This document shows, piece by piece, positions 39,723 to 51,657 of a stretch of 64,000 bases of DNA. The notes beneath the pieces were generated by a model. It saw nothing but the letters and a program-made list of their open reading frames with translations, did not search any database and had not been told where the DNA came from. Source of the stretch: Klebsormidium nitens (lineage: Eukaryota; Plantae; Klebsormidiophyceae); contig DF237020.1 of assembly GCA_000708835.1 (NCBI GenBank), positions 175,974 to 239,973 on the forward strand. The letters run 5' to 3'. Made by a program: the position numbers and the translations under genes. How positions within the stretch are numbered: position 1 is the first letter of the stretch; each line of letters opens with the position of its first letter.

Positions 39723-42700
39723 TCACTGCTCAATCCAATCTCCGTCCACACTGTTACTAATAGCCGCCTCGTATCCAGTCAAAGAGTGGTCTAACAAACC
39801 CACCGGTAACCCCAACAAACCCACGCCGATTGCCGCAAGCACCGCGCACGTCAGCGGATCCACCATGAGCAACACGGGGCCAATGAAAAGCAATGGGATC
39901 AACGTTGTGTAGACGGCCAACCACGTCAGCGTGACGTTGACCGCGCTTGACCCTGGAAGGCGGTTCTTATAATCTTCCCACGCATAAAGCGCTTTTTGGG
40001 TTCCTTGCGTGATTGCCCAGGCCCTAAAAATGATGGGCTGCTCTTGGAGGAAGACGATCGAGCCGGAGGCGGCGGCCGGGTTGATTGGAAGCGGGTTAGC
40101 GCGAGGTGGCTTAGTGGGAGCCGGTTCCAGGAAAACCAGTTGGCCCGAATGCTGGTAGAAGAGGTCGAGCGGAGGGGGATCCCGGGGCACGATGTCGTTG
40201 GTGTTTACGACGCGAACATACCTGGGAGAAAGAACAGCGGTTAAGTTCAGGAAAGAGCCAAAGGGAAGAACAATTGAACGGCGCTATGACTTGGACTTCA
40301 AGCAGACGGGATTGCGATGACAGCAAAGTGATGCGAGACGTTGGCAGCAGATTGAAGACCACTCTACATACGAAATTGTCGCCAGCCTTTTGTTGCTGAT
40401 TGAACGCTTCCGATCCGTTAAGCGAGGTTCCCGGTTGAGCCTGCGTTTGCGAAACGGGTTTGAGAACTCAAGTGTACTCGTATGCCCTAGCGATGCCTGC
40501 GAAAGTACGCACGCAAACCCCGTCTTGACCGCAGACGTCACGTAAGAAAACAAGTAGTGTCAACCGTTTGAATGACGCCCTCACCTGACCGACTCATCAG
40601 AGATTGCTTGGTGTTGTAAGCCTCGCATCACGTTGCGTGCGTATTGGTTGTTCCCCACACGTGGCTGCCCGTACGTGAAGAGCCCACACTCTATGTTCGA
40701 GGACAGACTGCTGTCCCCCGGAGGTATCGTGGCAGCGGCAACGTATAGATTGGCAACCGCTCCCCCAAGACTGTGCCCTGCACAGCACAAAGGGACTGTC
40801 GTCCCACTGTTGCTTCGGCTCCGATCTAGACTTGCTTCAATCCGCACCTTTCTTGCCAAACCAGAGATCCAAGTGCTTCTTGTCACCTCCAGTTTGAGGC
40901 TGCAGGGCAGCGATTCGCTTTATATTGGAAAGACAAGGATTTGGAGTCTGATAGCCTGCATCGAAGCAAGGTACGCAAATGCTGATGTAGATTGGATACC
41001 GAAACGTCAAAACCCTCATTGAATGCTTCAGAAGGATAAGCACATGGATAGGGCTCGCCGGAACGGCGTCTTTTGCTTCTTGACAGTTCAGGTGAGCTGC
41101 ACTGTAGAGATTACCTGACCGGCAAGCACCATTGGGGTAATCATTCACGGCAGATCCAGCCCGTTAAGTCACCCAGCTCATGTCTCGGAAAGCCTTGCTA
41201 GCTCTCTCATCTGCTAGTAATATACACCCAAACGCGCCTAAACAGCACATTTTCTTTGGCCATTACTGCCTTTAAGCTTCCACGATTCAGGTTCTCGAGG
41301 CAGGCGCACCTGTGACGAACAGTCGCCCTCCGCCACTCAGAAGTTCCTCGATCTTCGCCGTGATGATGTCAAAGGGGGAGCGGTTCTCAGGCGGCTTGCG
41401 TATCAGGACGTCTCCCTCTTGGATAAGAAACCTGTCAGCAGCGCGGGCGGAACAAAAAATATTTGCGCTCTTTTATCAAGCATTGATAATATCGACAACC
41501 GGACGATTTTGATTTACAAGCGGTTGCGGTGCCCATTCACAATGGGGAGAATCTCGGCCGTGCTGGAAACAGGTATCGATGGACAAGTAGAATGATGTGC
41601 ACGATGCATACGGTCTACCCGAGCAAGGAAGTCAAGCGAGCGAGCGTCTTACTCAAGCAGAGTTTCAAAAGCGGAAGCAAGCCGAAGTCTTTCCGAGTAA
41701 CTTGACGAGTCTACAAACACTGGAAAGCTGCCCAAAAACTTTCGACCGAGCGGTCTCCCGAGGTATATCCTGATATATCTTGAATGAAATTCCAAGTGAT
41801 GTTTGGATTACTGCTGAAGTATTCCCCATTGGCGGTCTGCTCCTTGGTTAGTAACATCTGACGTACCAGCAAAATCGAAAGAGACCGAAATTGAAAACGA
41901 GCTTACTGGGCGTGAGGAAGTCCTTTGCTTCAATCAACGTAACAAACAGCACTACCACTCTGGTGTTCGGCACTTGGAAACGTTCCGCGGCCCATTCGTC
42001 CGTTGTAAAACCACGGTCACTAAACCGGGAAACGCCCCGTGACGCACCCGCACTGCACGGAGGGATCCCCCTGCAGATGATGGCCCAGCCCGAGCGCGCG
42101 CCGGAAGCCGGAGTGGTACTTTCCGTACGGCCAACCAACCGGGTCCTGCTCGGGGGGCACCACGTCGAAGTCCGTCAACCAGCCCACGTTCTCTAGGGGT
42201 TCCGTTCCCCGGAACGCCAGAACGGCGACCCCCCCGGGAGCGGTGAGCAGCATCGCACTGGTCTTGACGTACGCCGTCTCGCGGGGTTTTCCGGGCTCGG
42301 GGACTGCGGAGGGGGGACACGTGTCAGATGAGGAGCTGGAGAAGAAGCTGTGGTGTGCTTACGGGCCAACGGCCAAGGGCCCGATCGGGTTTCCCGCAGA
42401 CTCTGTTAATCGGAGATTTGTGTTTATCGTGTTGACTCTAGTGGAAGGCCTATATTCTCCCTCATCATCTAACCAGCCTATTCGCTTTTGTTAAACCGTC
42501 AGTGATCCGTTTAAGCCGAGCGGTAAAGCAACTACTTACGATCCTTTTTTCGACCAAAACATGAATCCGGGAAGGTGAGCTTCAGGGCTGAGAACGCCTG
42601 TTTTAGGTCTCTTTAGAAGAGCAATTGAGTCGATATAGAGCAGCTCCCAGCCGTGTTCGCAACAAAGTAAAGGGAAAAATCCGAAGCGAGCAGGTTAACC

Positions 42701-45531
42701 TTCACTCCAGTCGGTTTGAAGCATTCATCTGGTTTGCTCTGAATCCACGAAAGAATAGCAACGCTCACTGAGGCTGATCTGATCAAAGTGCCAGGCGCAC
42801 TCGAACGTGAACCCGCCCCAGGACTCGTCGACAATCGTCCGGGCGATGTGCCACCGTTCATAGGCTAACCGGGAGCACAGCGCCATCAGTTGCGTCTTCT
42901 GTTTCGTCAGCCAGGGATCCCTCACGAGAGCTTCGACGTCGAAACCGGCCAGCAGAGAGAAGTCGGTGCCCTGCAGAGAGAGAACCGCTTTGCCCATTTC
43001 GCTTTGCCGGCTATCTTACGTCAAACCCGCGACTCTTGGCGATTTGCTGTGAATAGGAGGAGAAGGTGTGTCCAGCCTTTGATAATTTCTTTTAAAAGGC
43101 ACGAGGCTAGTGAGAGAAGTCCAAAGGAGTGCTACAATGACCGAAAACAAAGGGTGATGGCTCTTAGAACTGGGCTACTCGATACACCGGTGGCTGATAA
43201 AGGACTGCTTCTCACAAAACTACAGCTCTTTCCAACCAGCCTTACTCCAGTTCCGGTCCAGATTAGGTCAAATGTGCACACCCTCAATCAATAGGATTAC
43301 CTTGCCGACCAAGTGTGTGCATATCGAAGCTAAGCTTGAGAAGAGCTGTATTCCAGATACAAAGGTTGGCATACGACGAAAGGGAGAATCATTGAACACA
43401 CTGTTGATACCCACCTGTAAGAAGTTGATCAGTGCGTGGTTACGGTTGACCATCGGTTTGGGAACAGGGTTCAGAAGGAAGCGGTACCACTGCAGGAAGA
43501 GACTGCAGCTCCGGCCGACGCGCTTCACAATCACCGGGATGAAGAGCGCGAACTTGAAGGGGTCACGAAACAAGTCCGGACACTGCCCGTCTGAATCCCC
43601 ATATTTACCTGCCAAAAACGGACGGCCTGCGTCAGATTCTAGCAGGAAAGGCGCCTTTCTTTCCTGAGCGATATCAAATGGGGCAACAATCGAGCACAGA
43701 TTGAAAAACGAAGGCGCCGCCGCAAGCTGGCTGACAATGTTTCTTGCCTTTTCTGCCAAGCTCCCGAGGAAAATGTGCAGACAATCCTAGCTCGATCACA
43801 TGCTGAGGTAGCCAAGGCGTTTCAAATTCGTCCCGTCTGGATGAAACAACCATGACCTTTTTGATAGGGAGAACTTCGATCCATTTACAAGCTGACGACC
43901 TGCAACACTTTCGACTACTTTCTGGAAACTCTTTACCACCCTGTTAGAACCCGTTGAAAGGGAACGGGGACTCGAATCGAGCTCCTCGGACCCCCTTCAG
44001 CCGAGGACCCCCTGTGCGTGCGGCAAGTGACGCTTTTGAGTCTGACTAAAGTTCGGCCGGACTCCGGGCTCGGAATCGTGGGTCTTCAACCCACAGTACG
44101 CGAGCATGTAGCTCAAGCTGCGGAACTGTGGCCGGACTCAACAACGCAGTTCCGCAGTTTCCGCTGGCGCAGGGGGTCCTCGACTAAAGGGGTTCCGAGA
44201 AGCTCGATCCGAGTCCCCGTTCTCCTTCCACGGGTTCTGTTAGGTAGTACTCCTCATTCCTGAGTTTGTTGAGCCGTTCGAACCGACTGAGAAACCATCC
44301 CTTAAAAGGCAGATAAGGTGGCACCTGTCCACCCTGCCTCACTTCCACGAAGTTTCATCAGACATTCCGCTCTAAATTAAAAGCATCCCCTGTGCACCTT
44401 CTGTGACTTTATTTCAACCCTGTTTCCTAGTTATGTGAAAACTTCCACCTCGTCATTGGCTAACCCCCTCGCTGTGCCCAATCAGTACACTTAATGTAGG
44501 CATTGACAAATGAGTTGCCCTTTCAACCAACATTATCAGAGCTGGTGCCTTCTTCTTAGCTGCCTAAAGACGGACTGAGAACTTAAAGGCAAGCAGTTTT
44601 GACATGAGAAACTTTTGTCTTAAGGGGGATCCCTCACCATATAACCAAGAAAGCCCTTCCTCCAGAACGTTGTTCAGCAGCTGAGGGAAGGGTGGAAGCA
44701 GCAAAGGTACAACCTGACAATAGCAGAAAGGCAGCCACTTTGTAACGACATATCAGGGTTAAAAACCAGGTAATACCAGCTTTGCATTGAAGGCTGAAAA
44801 GAGAGGGTGACCACCAGATATGTGCCAGATGGGTACAGCAACTCAAACCACAGCCTGTAGTGTACCAGATGGGTGCGCATTTCAAACATCAAGTTGATTT
44901 GCTGGCATCTCACACCCATGACAGTTTCTGTCGTTTCAACCAGGTCTGCAGTCAATGTTGGTTTCATTCAGCATAGAGTCTGAACTCTGACCTACGCGAT
45001 GATCTGTTCATTTTATATTCCATCACAACAATCTGCAGTCGACCACAGCGGGCAGGTAATGTGTCCTTGAATAAACACACAAGAAGGATTCAGTAGCAAT
45101 CGGATTCCCAAGCCTCTTGTCTGGGACCAGCAATCATATCGTAAATCTTGTCTGAAATTTGAGGTTCCACCAGCAATCATAGAAACAAACACCAAAATTT
45201 TGTCTGGGATTTGACTATGCATTGGTCTCGGCATGATATCCCTGTCGCAGTTCTTCACGCTTACCTGGCAAATCATAAGCAGCTCTGTGATGCTCGGCCA
45301 CCTCAGCAGCCACCTGGCGCCCTTCCAGAGTCCGGTTCGCACCTGGGGGACGGTCACCAGGGGCAGAAACAGGGGGGGGGGAAGGGGCGGGTTCCCTGGG
45401 GCGGCCACCCAGTTCCTATCTACCCAGTTCTCAGGCCTTGACCTCATTATGAGCAGACCAGCCAAGCTGCCCAATGCAAAGGGTACAAAGACGGCTAGCA
45501 AGGCCAGCAATAAGCCTATGAGGACCAGCAT
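39723..45531 (-). CDS. Class-3 triacylglycerol lipase (OBL1-like), ~606 aa, intact triad, hydrophobic N-terminus; exons 45265-45531, 44638-44713, 43415-43608, 42801-42970, 42048-42347, 41310-41431, 40585-40777, 39723-40221
   Basis: LMALCSRLAYE; VLAFRGTEPL..GWLTDFD; KYHSGF; LFVTGHSLGGAVA; FTYGQPRVGN; RVVNTNDIVPR; LLDHSLTGY. GT-AG junctions and phases are consistent across 8 exons. Confidence 0.85.
43947..44237. mobile_element. MITE, 291 bp, ~70-bp imperfect TIRs, 5-bp TSD TGTTA, in an intron of the lipase gene
   Basis: Left end GAACCCGTTGAAAGGGAACGGGGACTCGAATCGAGCTCCTCGGACCCCC matches the reverse complement of the right end. TGTTA flanks both sides (43942-43946, 44238-44242). Confidence 0.8.
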
Positions 45532-46435
45532 ATTTGCAGTTAGAGTAATGCTGGTGGTTGTAATGCGGGTGCTTAAGTTATGACGCTGCTCTGATCAGGA
45601 GCGGTTGATATGGTGTTCCAGTATGCTGGTGGTTGGAGGGCTTGCATGCATCGAAATAGAGTGCCGGTGGTCATATGTACACCATAACCCAACCCCCTGT
45701 TCAAGTAAGCCGTTCCAGTAGCCGGGACCTAACTAGTACTGGTCGTTCTAGTGTCTTTTTGAAGTGTGCATGACGGGAACGCTGATTTGAGTAAGGTAGA
45801 CACATTCAGTGGTTGGACTGATTAGCTCGGACGAAAGGGCCTGGCGCTAGTCAAGTGCCTTTTCTTAGAACCATCACAAAGACCCCCTGCGCTTGGTTTC
45901 ACCCGCTCAACTAACTGATCCGCTTTGCCATCTCAAGATGTTCCTTTTTCTTAGGTTCAGATTGGAATCTGGATATCCCATCAGCGGTAGGAATCCCGTC
46001 AAAAGTACCTACCTAGGTAGTAGGACCTAGTACTGCGGTGGGCGAAGAAGACGCACTCATCTCAGTCAGCACCACCATGCAGACAGCACGCAGAAAGCCA
46101 GCTTTTCTCCGAGTACGCCCCCAGGCGCATTCACAGACATTGTCATCATGCATGGCCCGGACAGGTTCCGCCGATTCGCTGAGACCCGGTGCCCGGGGAG
46201 CCGCCTGCCAAAACCGGGTTAACGTACAGAGGCCGACTAACCTGCATGGCGGGGTTCAAGGCTTGCCGAGGGTTTCTAGTGGGGGGTTGGGGTGCGGCTA
46301 GTCCTACCGGAGGGGTTTCTCGAAACCAGGTTACAGTTTATGTTTTGCTATCAGGGTTCCAGTGTGTGGTTAAGCTGCCACTCCAGTCTTCGGCCCTGTC
46401 GGTATGACAATGATCACAAGGATTCTCGGCCGCAA

Positions 46436-46520
46436 AACCCTGCAACCCTGCAACCCTGCAACCCTGCGGGCCGCAGTAGGAAAGCGGCCGCGTGACATTA
46501 CGGCCAGCTAGGGCCGGCGC
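46436..46520 (+). promoter_or_regulatory. Upstream module copy 1: (AACCCTGC)4 followed by AAAGCGGCCGCG and a GGCCGGC box
   Basis: Core 12-mer at 46481-46492, identical to 51104-51115 and 58846-58857; each copy lies just upstream of an ORF. Function is inferred. Confidence 0.45.
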
Positions 46521-46578
46521 CGCGGCAATCCCAGACGTGACCGGAACAACCGTAACCAGATGCACAGCGCCTGGCAGA

Positions 46579-46982
46579 ATGTCCCACGCCCCTCCTCAGC
46601 GATGGCCGCCTCTGGGCCATGGATCTGTACAGTACAGGGAGCCCTACGAGCACGCCCCGCGGCTGACGTACGGCGCAGCAAGAAGCGCAAAGAGGCAGAC
46701 TACCTATGCTGAGATTCGGGAGTTTATCTGCTCAACAGAGGAGCTGGGACGAACTGGCCCTCGAGCCATCATAAAGCGCTGGAAACCTATACACGGTGGT
46801 TTTGGAAGTGCAGGGTCAGGACGCGCCAAAGCTGAGAAGGAATGAAGGCGCGCCGCTGCGCACGCATTTCCGGCAATGTCTGGTACTCATTCACGAGAAG
46901 AACCAGGGGAAGCACTGGGTCGACGAGCGGCAATCGGGGTGGAACCCCTGATTGGTTTTTACCAGGCGGTCCGACCAATTAG
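46579..46982 (+). pseudogene. Frameshifted paralog of the orphan ORF at 51262-51657
   Basis: Shares GHGS..YREPYEHAP, KRQT..AEIREF.CS.EELGRT and, after an 8-nt frame-breaking insertion near 46756-46772, KALETYTRWFLEVQG...LRTHFRQCL. Also has N-terminal and internal indels. Confidence 0.75.
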
Positions 46983-48089
46983 AAGCAATAGCGCCGGCCG
47001 TCGTGTGAATCATCTGAGTCAAAGGCTGCTGGTCCAGCTTTAGCTTGAAAAACGACGGACAGAGTACTGTAGTAAGTCATTTCTGCCTTCAGGTTTTCTT
47101 CAAGCATGACTATCAGGCTTGCCCAGAAGAACGTTCGCTTGCAAGCCTCTGATTCTCCATCTAGACTTTCTTATTACTAGGAAGCTCTCTCTACCAAAGA
47201 GATGTAGGATTACTCGATGGGCAGCCAGGTTTCTTCTAAGCTGCTCGTGCAGTCTTGGTGACTGCTTAGCTTAGCTTTCGCTTTGTTTGTGACCTGCCCA
47301 ACGCTTCAGGGTGCTAAAATCACTTGAAAGAATACAGGCACCCAGTTTCAATGGTTCAAGTCAGCGCCGCATGAGACAGGGAAAATCGTAACCTTGATAT
47401 ATACGGTCATGAGGAGCATTCTGAGAACCCGAAGCCCTCGATGTTTTCAAAGGAGAAATCGCGTGAAAGGCTCGTTGATCAAGACGAGTGCACCTTCATT
47501 GATTAGTAAGACAGGCAACTACTTGTGACGCCTCGACTGTGACATGCAAAGCTTTGTCGATCAAGATTCTTCGACAGCCTGCTTCGCCCCTGGCAGCGAG
47601 CATTTTATACTCATTACACATAAGACACGTATCGAAAGAAGAACGGCCATGCCATTCTAGTGCCCATGATTAGCTACTTCCTGGATTTATTTTTAAGACG
47701 TCTCGAAATTTCGATGTATGCCTGAAAGTCTTATTCCGAAATCCCGGTGTGCTATATATGGCTTCGCTTGATTCTTAGAAAAGACCAAAAATGCTGAACA
47801 TTAAGGTACTTCTAGAGTTGAAAGGGCTCCCGTAAAAAGTATCATTGAAGGCGAAAGACGCACGGCTTCAGGCTTCAGGCCTGTGCACCCTTATTGTCCT
47901 TGTTCATGTTCTCTTCAGAGAATATACAACCGTCAAATACAGTACCGTTTACTGGCTCGTTGCTGGTCGTTCAACCCTATACTTTTAGGGCCTTCAACGT
48001 AGCAACAACCTACGAGTCCGATCAGGCACGCTCATGTGTGTTCCTGAGGACGACTTCTGGATGTAAACGGTGAACTGCCCTTGGACAAG

Positions 48090-49969
48090 CTACACATGCA
48101 GGCAGTGTTGGCAGGCTCCCTTCTCCGCCCGTCCCGCGTCCTCGCGGGTCCCCTCGTGGATTACGTCAGCGTCGTCGACGTCAGCGAGGGCGCAGCCGCG
48201 CTTGGTCAGGTGGTAGGAATCGCTGCGGTCTCTCCAGTAGACGGTAATTCTCTCCAGCATGCCATCACTTATGCGCAGCTTGGCCTCCAACTCTTTGACC
48301 CGCGCAGTCTCCGCACTCCAGAGCTGGAAAAATTGTGTCGATTCAGAAATGAAGACCGGCATTCGGTTCGGCAGGAGTAAGAAGCGAAGCAAATCAGATT
48401 GGGTGCGGGTTCCCTTCTGGTTTAAGATGGCTACGGTTTCCGAGCCGCTCAAAACTGTGGGTTAGATATCTGGTTTTGAATGGGCGGCTGATCAATCTTG
48501 AAGCTAACACGAATCCTAATTCGACCGTCGTACCTTGAGCAGCCTCAAGATCTGCCGGTGTAGACCCTCAATCTCCTTATTCATCGCCTGGATCTTCTGG
48601 TTGAGCGCCGGAGCCAGGGCCCAGTCTTTTCGGGCGTGCTCCCGGTCCAACCGTTGAAATACCCCACACACGTTTGACACGGTCTGGGCAACGATCTTCT
48701 TTGCAGAGGCGCTGTCGATGATTGGTTCCTGCGCCGGGCCCTGCAGGCACAAGAAGATCCGTCGTGGGTTTCCTAAGGTATTTTTGCCGACCTTAGGCTG
48801 GTCCAAATAGTACAACAAGCCAGAAGTGCTTAGAGCGGGCGATTCTGCCGGAATACCCACCGGGGTTGGAGTTACGTTAGTCCCCGGTCAAGCTTCGTGC
48901 ACGCTTTGAAAGCTCAGCTTGAGGGCAGCGGGTCTTTTTGGTTTGCTCGCTTTAAGATCCAGACTAGCGGAGGTCACAATATCTGATTTAAAAGGAGGGA
49001 GCTTGGATGGTTATGTCTTTCCCACAACCGTCTTTCACTTGAAAAAACGACCACTGTCTTGATATGGAATTCGGAGGATCCAACGCAGAAATAGAGTTTG
49101 TCAACCGTTTTAGGACTACGTGAAAAGGTGGCATTTTGGCAAAGCTTTCGTCATGTCCCCCCAGAGAAAACCTCATTTTCTTCCAAGTCGTTACGTCATC
49201 ATGTTTGCAACGGGTCTAAAATTCTATCCTTGTAGTGTCACTCCTCACAGACCAATTGACAAACATGTTCTTGTTCTATTGTTCACCGCTCAAATATCAT
49301 TTGAAAGAAGCCCTCCACCTCTCCCTCTCCACAATCAGAAACCTCAACGTACAAAGTCAAAAGAGAACCTCAACAAAGTCAAAAGAGGATACAACAACAA
49401 TTTACCGAAGCAGACTTCTTAAAACGAAAGCCTTGAACACAAAGATACGCAGTCGCTTACCCCTGAAGCTGGAGTGACGGGCGTGTCTCCTTCAGCTTGG
49501 GAAGTGGGCGGGGCCCGGGGCGGGGCGTTGTCCTTGTTATCTTCTGTAACACGAAGTGCGAAGAAGTTTAAGGCTTAGCAGCCAAGGTGATCCATTTGTA
49601 TGACAAACTTCCAAAGTACGTTGTTCTTGTCTAAAAGACCCGCAAAGTGTCTTTTTCAGCGTAAGTACTGCTACGATTGTCTCAATCACAGAAACGAGCA
49701 GGCAGAAACGGAAACGCCTGGAGCAAAACTCAAAGCACCGACACCACAAGCACGAGGATACGTGGAAAGACAAGGGCGCGAAGATTCTGTCTTGCAGGAG
49801 GTGCTCAACTTGCAAACGTGATGAAGACCAGAAAAGCATCGCATCCTTTTACCAGAGATGGCTCGCTGCTGAACTTACTCTTACCGTTCTCCGTGGTGGG
49901 GTGGACGAGTCCCTTTCCTTGTTCCTTCTTTCCCCGCTTTCCAGAAGAAGAAGGCTTCTTGACAGCCAT
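48090..49969 (-). CDS. Uncharacterised 202-aa protein: basic N-terminus, coiled coil, C-terminal YH-x4-C...CxxC putative Zn site; exons 49885-49969, 49461-49543, 48534-48740, 48090-48323
   Basis: Four exons with canonical GT-AG and consistent phases give an open frame: MAVKKPSSSGKRGKK...LNQKIQAMNKEIEGLHRQILRLLKLWSAETARVKELEAKL...YHLTKRGC...GACQHCLHV. Confidence 0.65.
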
Positions 49970-50769
49970 GGCGCTTGGACGCGTAAACAAGAAGGATGCG
50001 AGCTCAAGAAGTGGTGAAAAGAGACACCTTGACATCTTTTGTATAACGGAGGTGGGAGACTGCTCCTTAGAGAAGTCAAATCTGCACAAAGAAGACCTTC
50101 TTGCTGGCAGTACGGGAGCTCGAGTACTCAGAGCTGCAGTGGCTAGTCCTCGGTTACTTGCCCGGTTGAATAGTCGAATAGGATGTTGCTTCTGGGGGAA
50201 CTTTGAACGAGTAGGTGCTTGATCGAATTGCTGCAAGCTTCATAGATTTCCCGACGTGAATCTTCTGCTCTTGACAGTGCTTACGGTGATTTAGCCGCCA
50301 CCGCGTTGCTTGAGATCAGCGACTGCACTGGATTAACTTAAAGATTTCGGACTCGCTGCCGTGACACTTGACGTTCTGACCAGGGATGGGAATGTTTCGG
50401 TCTTTTTGGCCCGAAGCTTTTGAATGCTAGTACGTTGTTTGGCATGAACCTTGAGTAGGGTTGAACTTGAACTTGATAAGAAAGCAACGCACCAGGTGTC
50501 GCGACCCCTGACGAAGCAGCGCATCTCTAATGGTCTTGTCAAGGTCCGAGCGTTTCAGGAAAGTTTGATGTGACAATGCACTTATCCTGCTCGTCTCTTC
50601 AAAGATTGCAAAAAACAAGCCGGTCACATCTTGCGTGGAGCCAGGAGGGCTTGAAATCCTATTAATACGTTCCACACTAAAAGCGGGGAGTTCGAATGCT
50701 TCTAGACCAGCTAGAGGAGACCGATGCAAGATTCAGGTCAACTCCATCACCGAGTCCGTGGGTCATCCT

Positions 50770-50897
50770 GGACAGCCAGCATATTTAGCGCGGAGCTTGT
50801 CATGATATACGGTAAGCCAGGCTTCGATCTTCGTGAGGGAGCCTGCATATGTAGGTACGCAGCGGCGTTCGAAGTCCTCCTGCAAGCAGCCGAGGTA
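50770..50897 (+). pseudogene. Isolated relic of exon 4 of the 2OG-Fe(II) dioxygenase gene
   Basis: 50861-50897 matches 54865-54901 at 32/37 nt, including the splice donor (AAFEVLLQAAE|gt vs ATVEVLLQAAK|gt). Upstream part is decayed with stops. Confidence 0.6.
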
Positions 50898-51064
50898 CGG
50901 TAGGATTGAACACTTTCCGAAAAAGGCGGATTCGATCGAGTCTGCGGCTCGGTTCTCACTTTCACCACGCCAGCTAGCTGGCTGTTTTTGCCAGGCCGCG
51001 CGCGCGCCAGCCTGGTCACGTGGCCCAGACAATCTCACTCGGACGTACGCGGTCGGCGGTGGCG

Positions 51065-51145
51065 AAACCCTCAAACCCTAAACCCTGTCGGAGATCGGCC
51101 CGAAAAGCGGCCGCGCGCCTTACTCTGCGGCCGGCCGCGACCGCT
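51065..51145 (+). promoter_or_regulatory. Upstream module copy 2: telo-box-like AAACCCTCAAACCCTAAACCCT, AAAGCGGCCGCG, GCGGCCGGCCGC
   Basis: Contains the AAACCCTA plant telo-box; core 12-mer at 51104-51115; lies ~115 bp before the ATG at 51262. Confidence 0.5.
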
Positions 51146-51261
51146 CAGGTCGAATGCGGAAACTTTCTACTACAGTAGAAGACCTTCTCTTTTGTAGAGT
51201 GCCTTCTCTTCGGTCTTTTCCTGCTAAGATTGTGAAAAGGTTCAATAGCGCCTGGCAAAAA

Positions 51262-51657
51262 ATGTATGGATGGACAGGATACGGGTCAGATCTCCGGTTG
51301 AAGTATGTCCCGCCTCCTCAGCCACGGCCGCCTCCAGGCCATGGTTCCTTACAACACAGGGAGCCCTACGAGCACGCCCCACTGACGGCACAACAGGAAG
51401 AGCGGATGCTTGAGTTGTCAAAAAAGCGGCAAACCAACTTGGCGGAGCTCCGGGAGTTTAGCTGTTCAATTGAGGAGCTGGGACGAACTGACCCGGACAG
51501 AGCGCTGGAACTCTATACGCAGTGGTATGTGGAAGTGGAGGGAGCTGAAGGCTCGCCAAAAGGAATCAACGAAGGAGGGGCGCTGCGCGCGCACTTCCGG
51601 CAGTGTCTGGCGCGCTGCCACAAGGAAAGCACTGGGACGAGAGGGACAAGGGGCTGA
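51262..51657 (+). CDS. Intronless orphan protein, 131 aa (Pro-rich N-terminus, helical C-terminus)
   Basis: Open ATG-to-TGA frame. Comparison with the paralog at 46579 shows amino-acid-level conservation with many synonymous or conservative changes, which supports a coding history. Confidence 0.6.
   Translation: MYGWTGYGSDLRLKYVPPPQPRPPPGHGSLQHREPYEHAPLTAQQEERMLELSKKRQTNLAELREFSCSIEELGRTDPDRALELYTQWYVEVEGAEGSPKGINEGGALRAHFRQCLARCHKESTGTRGTRG

Noticed and set aside
44102-44230. tRNA-like gene (GTAGCTCAAG A-box-like and GATCCGAGTCCCC T-arm-like motifs)
   Set aside because: Too long, no proper anticodon arm, and the 3' part is the MITE TIR. tRNAscan-SE would settle it.
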